52,466 nt of DNA from a virus (taxonomy: Duplodnaviria; Caudoviricetes), in the IMG/VR virus record IMGVR_UViG_3300021976_000020, positions 1 to 52,466 of that record. One strand, given 5' to 3'. This document shows positions 44,338 to 52,466 of the stretch, one piece after another. The notes beneath the pieces were generated by a model. The model worked only from the letters and a program-made list of their open reading frames with translations, did not search any database and was not told the origin of the DNA. The stretch's first letter is position 1; each line of letters opens with the position of its first letter. The translations under genes were made by a program, and so were the position numbers.

Positions 44338-44605
44338 GCTCCATCAGATAGCACACTTTCCCTTCAAGGACATCGAGTGCTGGGGCCCTTGGCCTGCCGA
44401 CCTCAACAACTTCATGCACGTTCGGCTCAAAGACGATCGGTACCTCCTGTACCCTATCGCGAACATCTCTGGCATCATCGTGCAGAAGAATTCGAAAGAG
44501 TGGCGAGAGAAAATGCACGAGGCTGCTCTCGAAGCTCTCGCGGACGATCTGCTGTCGAGCCTCTACACCGAGGAAGAGCGCCAGCGTAACAGCGATCTGA
44601 ACTAG
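44255..44605 (+). CDS. hypothetical protein
   Basis: GGAGG RBS before GTG. Confidence 0.7.
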   Translation: MSTTPQMPEPDGSVTFYFHDRAPDRKGELHQIAHFPFKDIECWGPWPADLNNFMHVRLKDDRYLLYPIANISGIIVQKNSKEWREKMHEAALEALADDLLSSLYTEEERQRNSDLN

Positions 44606-44606
44606 A

Positions 44607-44828
44607 ATGGGATTCGAGGTCAAGAGAAGCGGTATGGCTGGCGGAGCAACCCCTCGAGGACATGAGTATGTGTGCCCTCTGTGCAAGACGGTCATGAAGT
44701 CTGGCGCTCTAACCATGATAGCACGTCTCCCTCAGGAGACGCACACTGAGGTCCGAAAGGTGCACGTGATCTGTGTGCCTGTAAGCAGTCCGAACTACGC
44801 AGAAGCGCTACAGCTGCTGGGGGCATGA
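44607..44828 (+). CDS. small zinc-binding protein
   Basis: CPLC...HVIC. Confidence 0.6.
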   Translation: MGFEVKRSGMAGGATPRGHEYVCPLCKTVMKSGALTMIARLPQETHTEVRKVHVICVPVSSPNYAEALQLLGA

Positions 44829-45277
44829 TGGCAAGGTACGTACTACTAAGCTTTGACGACAACGCTGAGGCCGAACGCTTCATCGAAGCCGTCAAGCAGC
44901 GCGATGTCTTCTTTTCCGCTGCCAATCCTAATGGAGAGGGGGGTAGCTACGGATACTTCTCGGACAACGTATTCACCCGTGCTGTCTGGGGTAAGCCCGT
45001 CAAGTTCTGTGAGTGCACGAACCCTGGCGACAACTCCGTACTAGGCGCAAAGTTCGGCTGGTGGGTCCATCGTCCTTGCGGAAGGCCCAAGAAGGGTCAG
45101 TGGCAGCATCCGAAGAACCTCATCGAACCGCTCACGCATCCCCGTGAGCGGAGTGCGTACTTGGGGATCGAAGAGCCCACACGGCCTACTGTCCTGGAAC
45201 GCCTAGGAACTATCGAACCAATCCCGCCTGATCAGGAGGCCCACTTCAAGGGAGGAACGGATGCTCGACCTACGTAA
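44825..45277 (+). CDS. hypothetical protein
   Basis: FCEC...GWWVHRPCGRP. Confidence 0.7.
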   Translation: MMARYVLLSFDDNAEAERFIEAVKQRDVFFSAANPNGEGGSYGYFSDNVFTRAVWGKPVKFCECTNPGDNSVLGAKFGWWVHRPCGRPKKGQWQHPKNLIEPLTHPRERSAYLGIEEPTRPTVLERLGTIEPIPPDQEAHFKGGTDARPT

Positions 45278-45434
45278 GATACTCGACTGCGGTCTCTGTC
45301 CGGAAGAGACAGAGGTACCCGTCTTCTACCAGCTCGTGCACGAACGTGGGTACCCCTCCCGCGAGCCTGCACACCCTCCCCAGTTGAAGGTGATTGAAGG
45401 GACCGCCGTAGAAAACAACAAAAAGTCCTCTTAA
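45261..45434 (+). CDS. hypothetical protein
   Basis: GGAGG RBS; MLDLRKILDCGLCPEE... Confidence 0.5.
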   Translation: MLDLRKILDCGLCPEETEVPVFYQLVHERGYPSREPAHPPQLKVIEGTAVENNKKSS

Positions 45435-45447
45435 TTACCCCCTAGTG

Positions 45448-45477
45448 TTCATCACGGTTTACCCGTTATAATATAAT
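45448..45477 (+). promoter_or_regulatory. promoter for replication operon
   Basis: Tandem TATAATATAAT in AT-rich intergenic region. Confidence 0.55.
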
Positions 45478-45532
45478 AGAACACAAGAACACAAACGAAC
45501 AAGTATCCCCCTCATAGCTAGGACACCCCTCC

Positions 45533-46819
45533 ATGCTACGGAGTGTAAACGATTACATCAATGCGGGTCTGACGCACTCACTGCACACCTCTGAGCGTCG
45601 GTCCTTTCGTGGTTGCCGCAGGCGTTGGGACTGGATCTCTCGCCAGATGTACTACCCGAGAGTGACCGCACGTCCTCTTGAATTCGGCGTTGCGTTTCAC
45701 GCAGCGATGGAAGCCTATTACGGCTTCTGGTTGGGTCTATGGGAGAACCCAGACCCGGAAGCAGCGTTACAGTTGGCGCTGATAAAGTTCCGGGAGATCA
45801 CCGATTCCCAAAGGGCCGCATACATTCGCATGAACGACGAGATCAGTCCTGAGATGTCTGCGGACTACAAGGACAGGGTCAAGCTCGGCGAGAGTATGCT
45901 CAAATACTACTTCCGAACCATAGCACCAAAAGCGGACATGGATCTCAAGCCTTTGAAGGTCGAGATCAAGTTCGAAGTACCCATTACCGGTCCGAACGGC
46001 GAAACTCTGTGGTGCAAGTGTGACCACTGTTGGGCTCGCTACACTAACTGGTGGTTGAGCAAGCGTCCAGAGCCTCTCGGTGGAGTCGATCCAGAACAAG
46101 AGAGAGCTCACTGGAAGGGTTTGCCTGTTACCTACGGTGGACGTATCGACATCATCTTCCAAGATCGGTACGGACGCATTTGGGTCGGTGACTGGAAGAC
46201 AGCAGCACGTCTGTCAGGTGTTGATACGAACACAACGGACGACTATATGTGGAACGATGACCAGATCACCTCGTACTGTTGGGCACTAGCATCTATTGGA
46301 CTGGACGTCGCAGGCTTCATCTATGCCGAGATTAAGAAGGCAGTTCCCGAAGAGCCTGAGTTGCTTTCCCGTCCGTACAAGGGTAGAATGTTCTCCACCA
46401 ACAAGCAGCAAACTACTACCCTGGCGCTATTCCGAAATACGGTGTCGGAGAACGATGTTGAAGCGTATGAGTCAGGTGCCTACGATGACTTCCTCGAGTA
46501 CCTGAAGCACAACGCTCCGCAGTTCCATGCACGTCACCAGATTCATCGGAACGACGAGGAACTCCGACAAGCTGGCGAGATGATCTATCTCGAGGCGACG
46601 GAGATGACCAACCCGAGCTTGCCGATCTATCCTAATCCAGGACGCTTCCACTGCAAAGGTTTCACTGACGCTAGTGGATGTGCCTTCTGGGAGCCTTGCC
46701 TCGGGAAGAACCGTGGCGAGGATTATGAGTACACCTTGGAAACAATGTTCGAAAAACGTACACGTCACTACTGGGAAGAGGCTCAACCAAGTACTGACAA
46801 GAGGATGGAGGCTCTGTGA
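45533..46819 (+). CDS. PD-(D/E)XK exonuclease (Cas4/RecB-like)
   Basis: SE..SFRGCRRRW, FGVAFH.AME, GRIDII...DWKT, Q...Y, C-terminal Cys cluster. Confidence 0.88.
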   Translation: MLRSVNDYINAGLTHSLHTSERRSFRGCRRRWDWISRQMYYPRVTARPLEFGVAFHAAMEAYYGFWLGLWENPDPEAALQLALIKFREITDSQRAAYIRMNDEISPEMSADYKDRVKLGESMLKYYFRTIAPKADMDLKPLKVEIKFEVPITGPNGETLWCKCDHCWARYTNWWLSKRPEPLGGVDPEQERAHWKGLPVTYGGRIDIIFQDRYGRIWVGDWKTAARLSGVDTNTTDDYMWNDDQITSYCWALASIGLDVAGFIYAEIKKAVPEEPELLSRPYKGRMFSTNKQQTTTLALFRNTVSENDVEAYESGAYDDFLEYLKHNAPQFHARHQIHRNDEELRQAGEMIYLEATEMTNPSLPIYPNPGRFHCKGFTDASGCAFWEPCLGKNRGEDYEYTLETMFEKRTRHYWEEAQPSTDKRMEAL

Positions 46820-46980
46820 ACCACCTCGACTTAACATCACTGCTTAACCCGTCGGAACACTCCGGTTCAGCAAGAAAGGTTCAGGTACTTACGGAGGGCG
46901 GAGAGGTCTGGGATATCATGGACGTAGAGTTCGATCCCGAGGCTGCCACGCTCTACCTTAAGTGCGAACCGGAGGAATAA
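46816..46980 (+). CDS. hypothetical protein
   Basis: GTGA/TAATG coupled. Confidence 0.55.
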   Translation: MNHLDLTSLLNPSEHSGSARKVQVLTEGGEVWDIMDVEFDPEAATLYLKCEPEE

Positions 46981-47132
46981 TGCGCACCAAGTTGTTGTAC
47001 CGACTATTTCCCTACCTCAAGAGGCGAGCAGTCATCCGGCAGCTCGAGCAGTACCGTGCGTACGACATGAAAATCGATCCTAACGTGAAGGCCGCGCTGC
47101 GTGCACGGCTTCTGCGGGAGATGAACAAGTGA
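46980..47132 (+). CDS. hypothetical protein
   Basis: Coupled both sides; GGAGG RBS. Confidence 0.55.
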   Translation: MRTKLLYRLFPYLKRRAVIRQLEQYRAYDMKIDPNVKAALRARLLREMNK

Positions 47133-47893
47133 CTGAGACGATCACGCCGACACAGTTCGCTGGACTGCCGATTCAACGGCCACGTGATCGAGTACGCAAC
47201 GTTAACATGCTGATCTATGGTGAAGCGGGTGTTGGCAAGACTTGGCTCGCAGGGTCAGCACACGAAGTGCCTGGAATGCGGAACGTCCTCTACGTGGATG
47301 CCGAATCGGGTGCAGACACTTTGAAGCAGGCCTGGCCTGACGTCGAGACGCTGACCGCAACATGTTGGGCGGACTACGATCGGATCTACGCAGCATGCTT
47401 GGCTGGTGCTCACGACTACCGAACGATTGTTCTAGACTCCATCAGCGAGATCCTGGAACACTGTAAGGAAGCCGTGATGGAAGAGCTCAAGATGGATCCC
47501 GAGAACGAGAAGCGGGATCCGGACATTCCTAGCATCCGCGAGTGGGGCAAGATTCTTGTCCGTATGCTGCGGTTCGTTCGTAGATTCCGGGACTTGCCGA
47601 TGAACGTCATCTTCATTGCCCATGCTGACCTCACAAAGGACAAGATGGGCAAGTCGAAGTGGGAGCCGCTCGTCAACGGCAAGTTCCAGAAGAAGCTACC
47701 TCAGATCCCTGATGTAGTCCTCTTTATGTACAGACAGGAGATTGAAGGCGTCCAAACTCGACTTCTGCTTACACAGCAGACTGACAAGGCAGTAGCAAAA
47801 GTGCGCGGCGTAGTCATGCCGATGGTAATCGGTGCAGAAAACGAATCGGTAACAATGGAAACGATCATGAACTACTACAAGGAGAACGCGTAA
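47129..47893 (+). CDS. Sak4-like AAA ATPase (AAA_24)
   Basis: LIYGEAGVGKT, D.ESG, TIVLDSISE, NVIFIAH. Confidence 0.88.
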   Translation: MTETITPTQFAGLPIQRPRDRVRNVNMLIYGEAGVGKTWLAGSAHEVPGMRNVLYVDAESGADTLKQAWPDVETLTATCWADYDRIYAACLAGAHDYRTIVLDSISEILEHCKEAVMEELKMDPENEKRDPDIPSIREWGKILVRMLRFVRRFRDLPMNVIFIAHADLTKDKMGKSKWEPLVNGKFQKKLPQIPDVVLFMYRQEIEGVQTRLLLTQQTDKAVAKVRGVVMPMVIGAENESVTMETIMNYYKENA

Positions 47894-48399
47894 TGGGTAT
47901 CACCGTTAACATGTCCGACAAGGAAGCCAAGGCTGGTGTAATCGAGCCAGTCCCGGCTGGGTGGTACAAGGTCGTCATCTCTGACGGCGAGCTCAAGGAG
48001 TCGAACTCGCAGAAGAACTACGGCAAGCCGTACTACAGCCTCGAGTTCACCATCGCGGAGCCGGAGGCGTACGAGGGTCGGAAGATCTTCACCAACGCCA
48101 TGCTCTTCGACAAGGCTCTGTACACGATCTCGGGTCTGATGAAGGCTCTCGGCTACAACGTCACGGCTGGCGAGCTCGAGGTTCCCGACCTGGACGAGCT
48201 CATGGGCCGTGAGGTCATGCTGAAGGCCAAGATCACGCCGGAGCGCACAGTGACTGACGCGAGCACCGGCGAGAAGAAGACCTACGAGCCGCGGAACGAC
48301 GTGAGTGGGTTCAAGGCCCTCGGCGAGGTTACTGCTTCAATCCCTCAGCAGCGGACTGGCGGAAGCGTCACTGCCGCTGGCAAGAGCATCCTCCCGTAG
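47893..48399 (+). CDS. single-stranded DNA-binding protein (DUF669-like)
   Basis: PVPAGWY, LEFTI...YEGRKIF, RNDV; follows Sak4. Confidence 0.8.
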   Translation: MGITVNMSDKEAKAGVIEPVPAGWYKVVISDGELKESNSQKNYGKPYYSLEFTIAEPEAYEGRKIFTNAMLFDKALYTISGLMKALGYNVTAGELEVPDLDELMGREVMLKAKITPERTVTDASTGEKKTYEPRNDVSGFKALGEVTASIPQQRTGGSVTAAGKSILP

Positions 48400-48415
48400 T
48401 ACCCCTTTCCAATTG

Positions 48416-48456
48416 AGTTGGGGCCACTCATCGTCGCGCCTGGGTGGCCCCAATTC
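48416..48456 (+). terminator. hairpin after SSB
   Basis: GAGTTGGGGCCACTCA / TGGGTGGCCCCAATTC. Confidence 0.65.
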
Positions 48457-48482
48457 CCTTCCATTCCCACGCGGAGGGGAAC

Positions 48483-50687
48483 GTGAGCGATGATATACAC
48501 AAGACTCTTGATACGTTCTTCCGTGCGGCCTTCGGTCCTAGGGCCACTGGCTTCGTTTGCCTCGCGTTCCTAGCTACGAACTCAGGCGAACGAAAGCTCA
48601 CGGAACACTTCTTTGAGTACCCGACACAACTGAACAACATGATTGCCACAGTACAACGTGGCATGCTAGAAAGTAACGCATACTACTGCCCTATGCTCTT
48701 CTCGGAGCGGAAGCGCAGAAAGGATACGGTTAAGGAATGTCCAGCAGCGTGGGCGGATCTGGACACTTGCGACCCGACCAAGATGCTAGTATCACCGACG
48801 CTAGCAGTGGAATCAAGCCCTGGGCGGTACCAAGCCCTATGGCGCTTCACAGAGCCGCAGCCGCCGCACGTCGCAGAAGACTTGTCGAAGAGAATCGCCT
48901 ACTATCACGCCTCCGATGGCGCAGATCGTAGTGGCTGGGATCTGACACAGCTCCTGCGACTGCCCGGTACGCCTAACTTCAAGTACAGCGGCCATCCTAG
49001 AGTGCAAACGATCGCAACTGATCGAGCACTGTACACACTGAAAGATTTCGGCAAGTATCCTGAGGTACAACACTCCGAGTTCCTAAAGGCGCCGATGCCG
49101 ACGGCAGAGGAGCTGCCAGAAGAAACCGCAGAGCAGTTGTTCCTTAAGTATCGCCATCAAGTACTACCAGCAGCACTAGCCACCTTCATGCACGAGCCAG
49201 AAGGATCATGGAGCGAGGCTCTGTGGAAGATGGAGATGATGTGCTTCGAAGGGGGCATGTCAAAGGAAGAGGTATTCGTCGTAGCTAGTGCGGCGAAGTG
49301 TAACAAGTACCAGCGCGATCATAAGGACCCAACGTACCTGTGGATAGAAGTATGTCGAGCGTTCGTTAAGTACCAGGAGAACGTGAACGCAGTCTTCTTC
49401 CAAGGCGCGGAGATCCAACCGCTACTGTCAATCGAAGAGTCCAAGATCGCTGATGCGCAGGAAGGCTTCGCAGAGAGGTACGTCGAATGGGCTTCGTCGC
49501 TGGGGGATGCCGCTGTTCAGTATCACCAGGCTGGTGCCTTCACGATTCTATCCGCTTTGCTAAGCGGTCGGCTAGTACTGCCGACCAGCTTCGGAACAGT
49601 GATACCGAACCTTTGGTTTATGATTCTCGGCGACACAACGTTGACGAGGAAGAGTACGGCGATGGACATCGGGATCGACCTCCTACTGGAAGTCGATCCT
49701 GACGTTATCTTAGCAACTGATGGATCGATCGAAGGCCTCCTGCAACAGCTAGAGGCAAGGCCGAAGAGACCGTCAGTGTTCTGGAGGGATGAGTTTAGTG
49801 GACTCCTCGAGCAGATTACCAAGAAAGACTACATGGCAGGCATGGCCGAGGTGCTTACCAAACTGTACGATGGAAAGATGCAGAAGCGAGTCCTGCGAAA
49901 GGAGACAGTTACTGTTCGCGATCCTATTCTGCTTGTTCTGGCGGGAGGGATTCGCAATCGCGTGCAGTCACTACTTACGCACGAACATGTCAGTTCAGGT
50001 TTCATACCACGATTCATCTTCGTTACAGCGGAATCTGACACAACTCGAGTCAAGCCACTTGGACCACCTGCGCTACGCGATATGGGCAACAAGGCGGCGC
50101 TCGTAGAAGAGATGGAGAAGATCCGCGACCACTACGGTCAACAGCGGACGATCCACATCAAGGCACTAGACCAGCACAGACCGATCGAAGGTGGCTTCGA
50201 AGCGCATCTGACACCAGATGCTTGGGAGCGATACAACAGACTAGAGGGCGAGCTGCTGGAGTGTGGACTCAAATCGGAGAAGCCCGACTTGATGACACCA
50301 CTATTCGATCGGTTAGCCAAGTCAGGCCTTAAGGCAGCGGTCCTCTTAGCAGGCGCCAGACAGTTCGACAAGCACGTGTCAGTAGAAGTAACCGACATCC
50401 TACATGCGATCCGATATGTCGAGCAGTGGCGTACGTATGCCATCGAAGTCGTCAACGGGATCGGCAAGACAGTGTTCGAGCGAGACATTGAGAAGATCCT
50501 AGGCGCGATTGTAAAGCGTCCAGGTGTCAGTCGAGCACAACTGATGCAGAGCTACCACCTCACAGCGAGGATCGCAGACCAAGTCTTCGACACGCTAATC
50601 CAACGAGGCCAGATAGCAATGCAGCGGACAGATGGCACAAGTCGGCAAGTGTACTATCCGACAGTATCACGAGGAGGAGTTAAGTGA
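48483..50687 (+). CDS. RepB-type DNA primase fused to DUF3987-like helicase
   Basis: AWADLD, ESSPGRYQALW, LLRLPGTPN.KY; TRKST, DEF, GFIPRF; GGAGG RBS before GTG 48483. Confidence 0.85.
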   Translation: MSDDIHKTLDTFFRAAFGPRATGFVCLAFLATNSGERKLTEHFFEYPTQLNNMIATVQRGMLESNAYYCPMLFSERKRRKDTVKECPAAWADLDTCDPTKMLVSPTLAVESSPGRYQALWRFTEPQPPHVAEDLSKRIAYYHASDGADRSGWDLTQLLRLPGTPNFKYSGHPRVQTIATDRALYTLKDFGKYPEVQHSEFLKAPMPTAEELPEETAEQLFLKYRHQVLPAALATFMHEPEGSWSEALWKMEMMCFEGGMSKEEVFVVASAAKCNKYQRDHKDPTYLWIEVCRAFVKYQENVNAVFFQGAEIQPLLSIEESKIADAQEGFAERYVEWASSLGDAAVQYHQAGAFTILSALLSGRLVLPTSFGTVIPNLWFMILGDTTLTRKSTAMDIGIDLLLEVDPDVILATDGSIEGLLQQLEARPKRPSVFWRDEFSGLLEQITKKDYMAGMAEVLTKLYDGKMQKRVLRKETVTVRDPILLVLAGGIRNRVQSLLTHEHVSSGFIPRFIFVTAESDTTRVKPLGPPALRDMGNKAALVEEMEKIRDHYGQQRTIHIKALDQHRPIEGGFEAHLTPDAWERYNRLEGELLECGLKSEKPDLMTPLFDRLAKSGLKAAVLLAGARQFDKHVSVEVTDILHAIRYVEQWRTYAIEVVNGIGKTVFERDIEKILGAIVKRPGVSRAQLMQSYHLTARIADQVFDTLIQRGQIAMQRTDGTSRQVYYPTVSRGGVK

Positions 50688-51541
50688 CTCAGCCGATCGA
50701 GTTCCCCCCGGTCACGCACCAGCCTGACAGCGTCGCCATTGTTTCTGGCGGTCTCGACAGTACGACGTTGGTCTACGACATGCTGGACAAGGGCTACACG
50801 CCGCATCTGCTCAGCTTCAACTACGGACAGCGGCACGCCAAGGAACTGACCTTCGCCAAGATGACCGCACAGATCCTAGGCCTCAAGCACGACATCGTCG
50901 ACCTGACAGGACTGACACACCTGATCAGCAACTCGGCTCTGACCTCCGATCACAAGCATGCCGAAGGCAACGACATCATCGAAGTTCCTGAGGGGCACTA
51001 CGCTGAGGACAGCATGAAGGCTACGGTTGTCCCAAACCGTAACATGATTATGCTGAGCATCGCTACAGGCTTGGCTGTCAACAATCACTACCGCACGGTC
51101 GGTATCGGTGTTCACGCGGGTGACCATTTCGTATACCCTGACTGCCGACCAGAGTTCATCTTCTCCCTGGGTCAGGCAATACTGCGGGGTAACGAAGGTT
51201 TCCACAATTTCACCACCAACGATGAAGTCGTCGAATTTGGTGGTATGCAGTTCAAGGGAACGGCTCTTCCAATCTACGCACCGTTCCTACACTACTCGAA
51301 GGCAACCATTGCCTATCGTGCCATCGAGCTCAGTGTTCCGTTTCATCTGACCTGGAGCTGCTATAAGGGTGGCGAGAAGCACTGCGGTAAGTGTGGGACC
51401 TGCGTGGAGCGCCTAGAGGCTATCAATCATGCTCAGTGGCAGATTTCAAAGGACGTTCCAGAGTGGTGCGACACTCCGTATAAGATCGAGGACCAGACAG
51501 AGTACGAGAACACAGATTTCTGGAAGACCGCGAAGAAATGA
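50684..51541 (+). CDS. queC: 7-cyano-7-deazaguanine synthase
   Basis: SGGLDST, YGQRH.KE, VPNRN, YPDCRPEF, TWSCYKGGEKHCGKCGTCVER. Confidence 0.96.
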   Translation: MTQPIEFPPVTHQPDSVAIVSGGLDSTTLVYDMLDKGYTPHLLSFNYGQRHAKELTFAKMTAQILGLKHDIVDLTGLTHLISNSALTSDHKHAEGNDIIEVPEGHYAEDSMKATVVPNRNMIMLSIATGLAVNNHYRTVGIGVHAGDHFVYPDCRPEFIFSLGQAILRGNEGFHNFTTNDEVVEFGGMQFKGTALPIYAPFLHYSKATIAYRAIELSVPFHLTWSCYKGGEKHCGKCGTCVERLEAINHAQWQISKDVPEWCDTPYKIEDQTEYENTDFWKTAKK

Positions 51542-51708
51542 GCTGGCAGAGGAGTTCGCGATGCGAATCTCAATCCTGTGTCGAGGTTCGAAGAGTAGCT
51601 ACCGGACGAGAAGTTCGGAACAGTCGCGGTAGTGAGCGACAGGTGTACTTCAGCGAAGCCGAATGGCGGGAGTTCCTCGAAGCCGTCAGACGCGGTGAGT
51701 TCGATTAG
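51538..51708 (+). CDS. DUF397 (BldB-like) protein
   Basis: MSWQRSSRCESQSCVEV...VRNSR...FSEAEWREFLEAVRRGEFD; missed by ORF track. Confidence 0.88.
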   Translation: MSWQRSSRCESQSCVEVRRVATGREVRNSRGSERQVYFSEAEWREFLEAVRRGEFD

Positions 51709-51739
51709 TGTTTAACAAGCAATAGAGCTCCTAAGCAGT

Positions 51740-51750
51740 ACTCCACACGG
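51740..51750 (+). promoter_or_regulatory. ACTCCACACGG motif copy
   Basis: Exact, intergenic. Confidence 0.8.
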
Positions 51751-51767
51751 GCCTAGGAACGGTGGTC

Positions 51768-51995
51768 ATGAAGCGTGCGATAGTGTCCCTGAGCGAAGAG
51801 CTCATTTGGCAGATACTGGATCTGCCTGAGAACGTTCACCTAATGGGGGTGCGTGACAACTTTCTACAGCTAGGCATCGACGTCATGATAGAGGGTGAAG
51901 GTCTGCAAGGCATACCGGATCACATGGTGGGAACGGAGCCGTGGCGGCTAGAAGCGCGTATGGTGGATGGCCGAATCAAGCTGGAGCTGGCATGA
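51768..51995 (+). CDS. hypothetical protein
   Basis: Coupled to queD by ATGA. Confidence 0.65.
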   Translation: MKRAIVSLSEELIWQILDLPENVHLMGVRDNFLQLGIDVMIEGEGLQGIPDHMVGTEPWRLEARMVDGRIKLELA

Positions 51996-52466
51996 GCTTT
52001 ATCGAACTGAAGCACAACATGGAAGTGGCACATCGACTGTACAATCTGCCTGGTAAGTGCCAGAAGATTCACGGCCACTCGATGGTTGTGACGCTTCGAG
52101 TGCACGGAGAGATCAAGCCTGGCGGAATCTTGCACGGCTTCTTGGGTCAGCAGTTCGAGTTCGGTGCGATGAAGAAGTCGTTCAGGAGCTATCTGGATGA
52201 CCACTACGATCACCAGCTGCTGCTGAACAAGGTAGATCCATGGGCTGGACCGATCTTCCAGCTCAAATCGGATTACAGCCAGTCGGTGGATGGTGACCCT
52301 GCAGCGTACCTGCTGGACTCGACGCAGAAGTTCCTGCCTGGTCTAGTTCCGTGCGAAGAAGATCCGACCACGGAGAACATTGCCAAGTGGATCGCCGAGA
52401 AGATGTGCGAGATGTTCGACGCACACGTGGAGGTCTTCGTTCAAGAGACAGCTACGAATGGTGTTG
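51992..52466 (+). CDS. queD: 6-carboxy-5,6,7,8-tetrahydropterin synthase (runs off window end)
   Basis: EVAHRL...GKCQKIHGHS, YDHQLLLN, PTTENIA, VQET. Confidence 0.93.
   Translation, partial: MSFIELKHNMEVAHRLYNLPGKCQKIHGHSMVVTLRVHGEIKPGGILHGFLGQQFEFGAMKKSFRSYLDDHYDHQLLLNKVDPWAGPIFQLKSDYSQSVDGDPAAYLLDSTQKFLPGLVPCEEDPTTENIAKWIAEKMCEMFDAHVEVFVQETATNGV

Noticed and set aside
45533-46819. CRISPR-associated Cas4
   Set aside because: It sits in an exonuclease-Sak4-SSB recombination module with no cas genes or array.
48444-48482. ORF-track start of the primase at 48444
   Set aside because: It lies inside a hairpin; GTG 48483 has a proper GGAGG RBS.
6990-51750. CRISPR array or classical stoperator interpretation of the 11-mer
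   Set aside because: Copies are kilobases apart with no spacer structure, and orientation is not tied to transcription direction.

Overview
The window looks like one complete, circularly permuted ~52.5 kb siphovirus-like genome infecting an actinomycete: queD runs off the end and appears to continue at position 1. A DUF397 gene, an LPVTG sortase substrate and a CCGGG lipoprotein point to a Micromonospora/Streptomyces-type host (inference). No integrase was recognised. The minus strand (7949-28690) carries the virion module: terminase, DUF935-type portal, Mu-like protease/scaffold, capsid, tail genes with a GGGAAAC frameshifting chaperone, tape measure, Dit with a carbohydrate-binding module, an endolysin inside the tail genes, and holin-like genes. 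The plus strand (28938-52466, then 1-7885) carries many small early genes and a replication/recombination module: SNF2 helicase, PD-(D/E)XK exonuclease, Sak4-like ATPase, SSB, primase-helicase, UDG-PolA fusion and RuvC-like resolvase. It also carries a 7-deazaguanine pathway (folE, queD, queE, queC, a TGT/DpdA-like gene) clustered with two all-alpha NTP pyrophosphatases and the polymerase. The most unusual non-coding signals are: three tRNA-shaped RNAs with remodelled anticodon/D domains and shared flanks; an exact 11-bp motif (ACTCCACACGG) in at least 11 copies; a ~95-125 bp element in three dispersed copies; a distinct late-promoter consensus; a pseudoknot-capable RNA; and an HNH gene that seems to have displaced the start of the dpdA-like gene, leaving an ATC start. 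All product calls come from motif recognition by eye; no searches were run.
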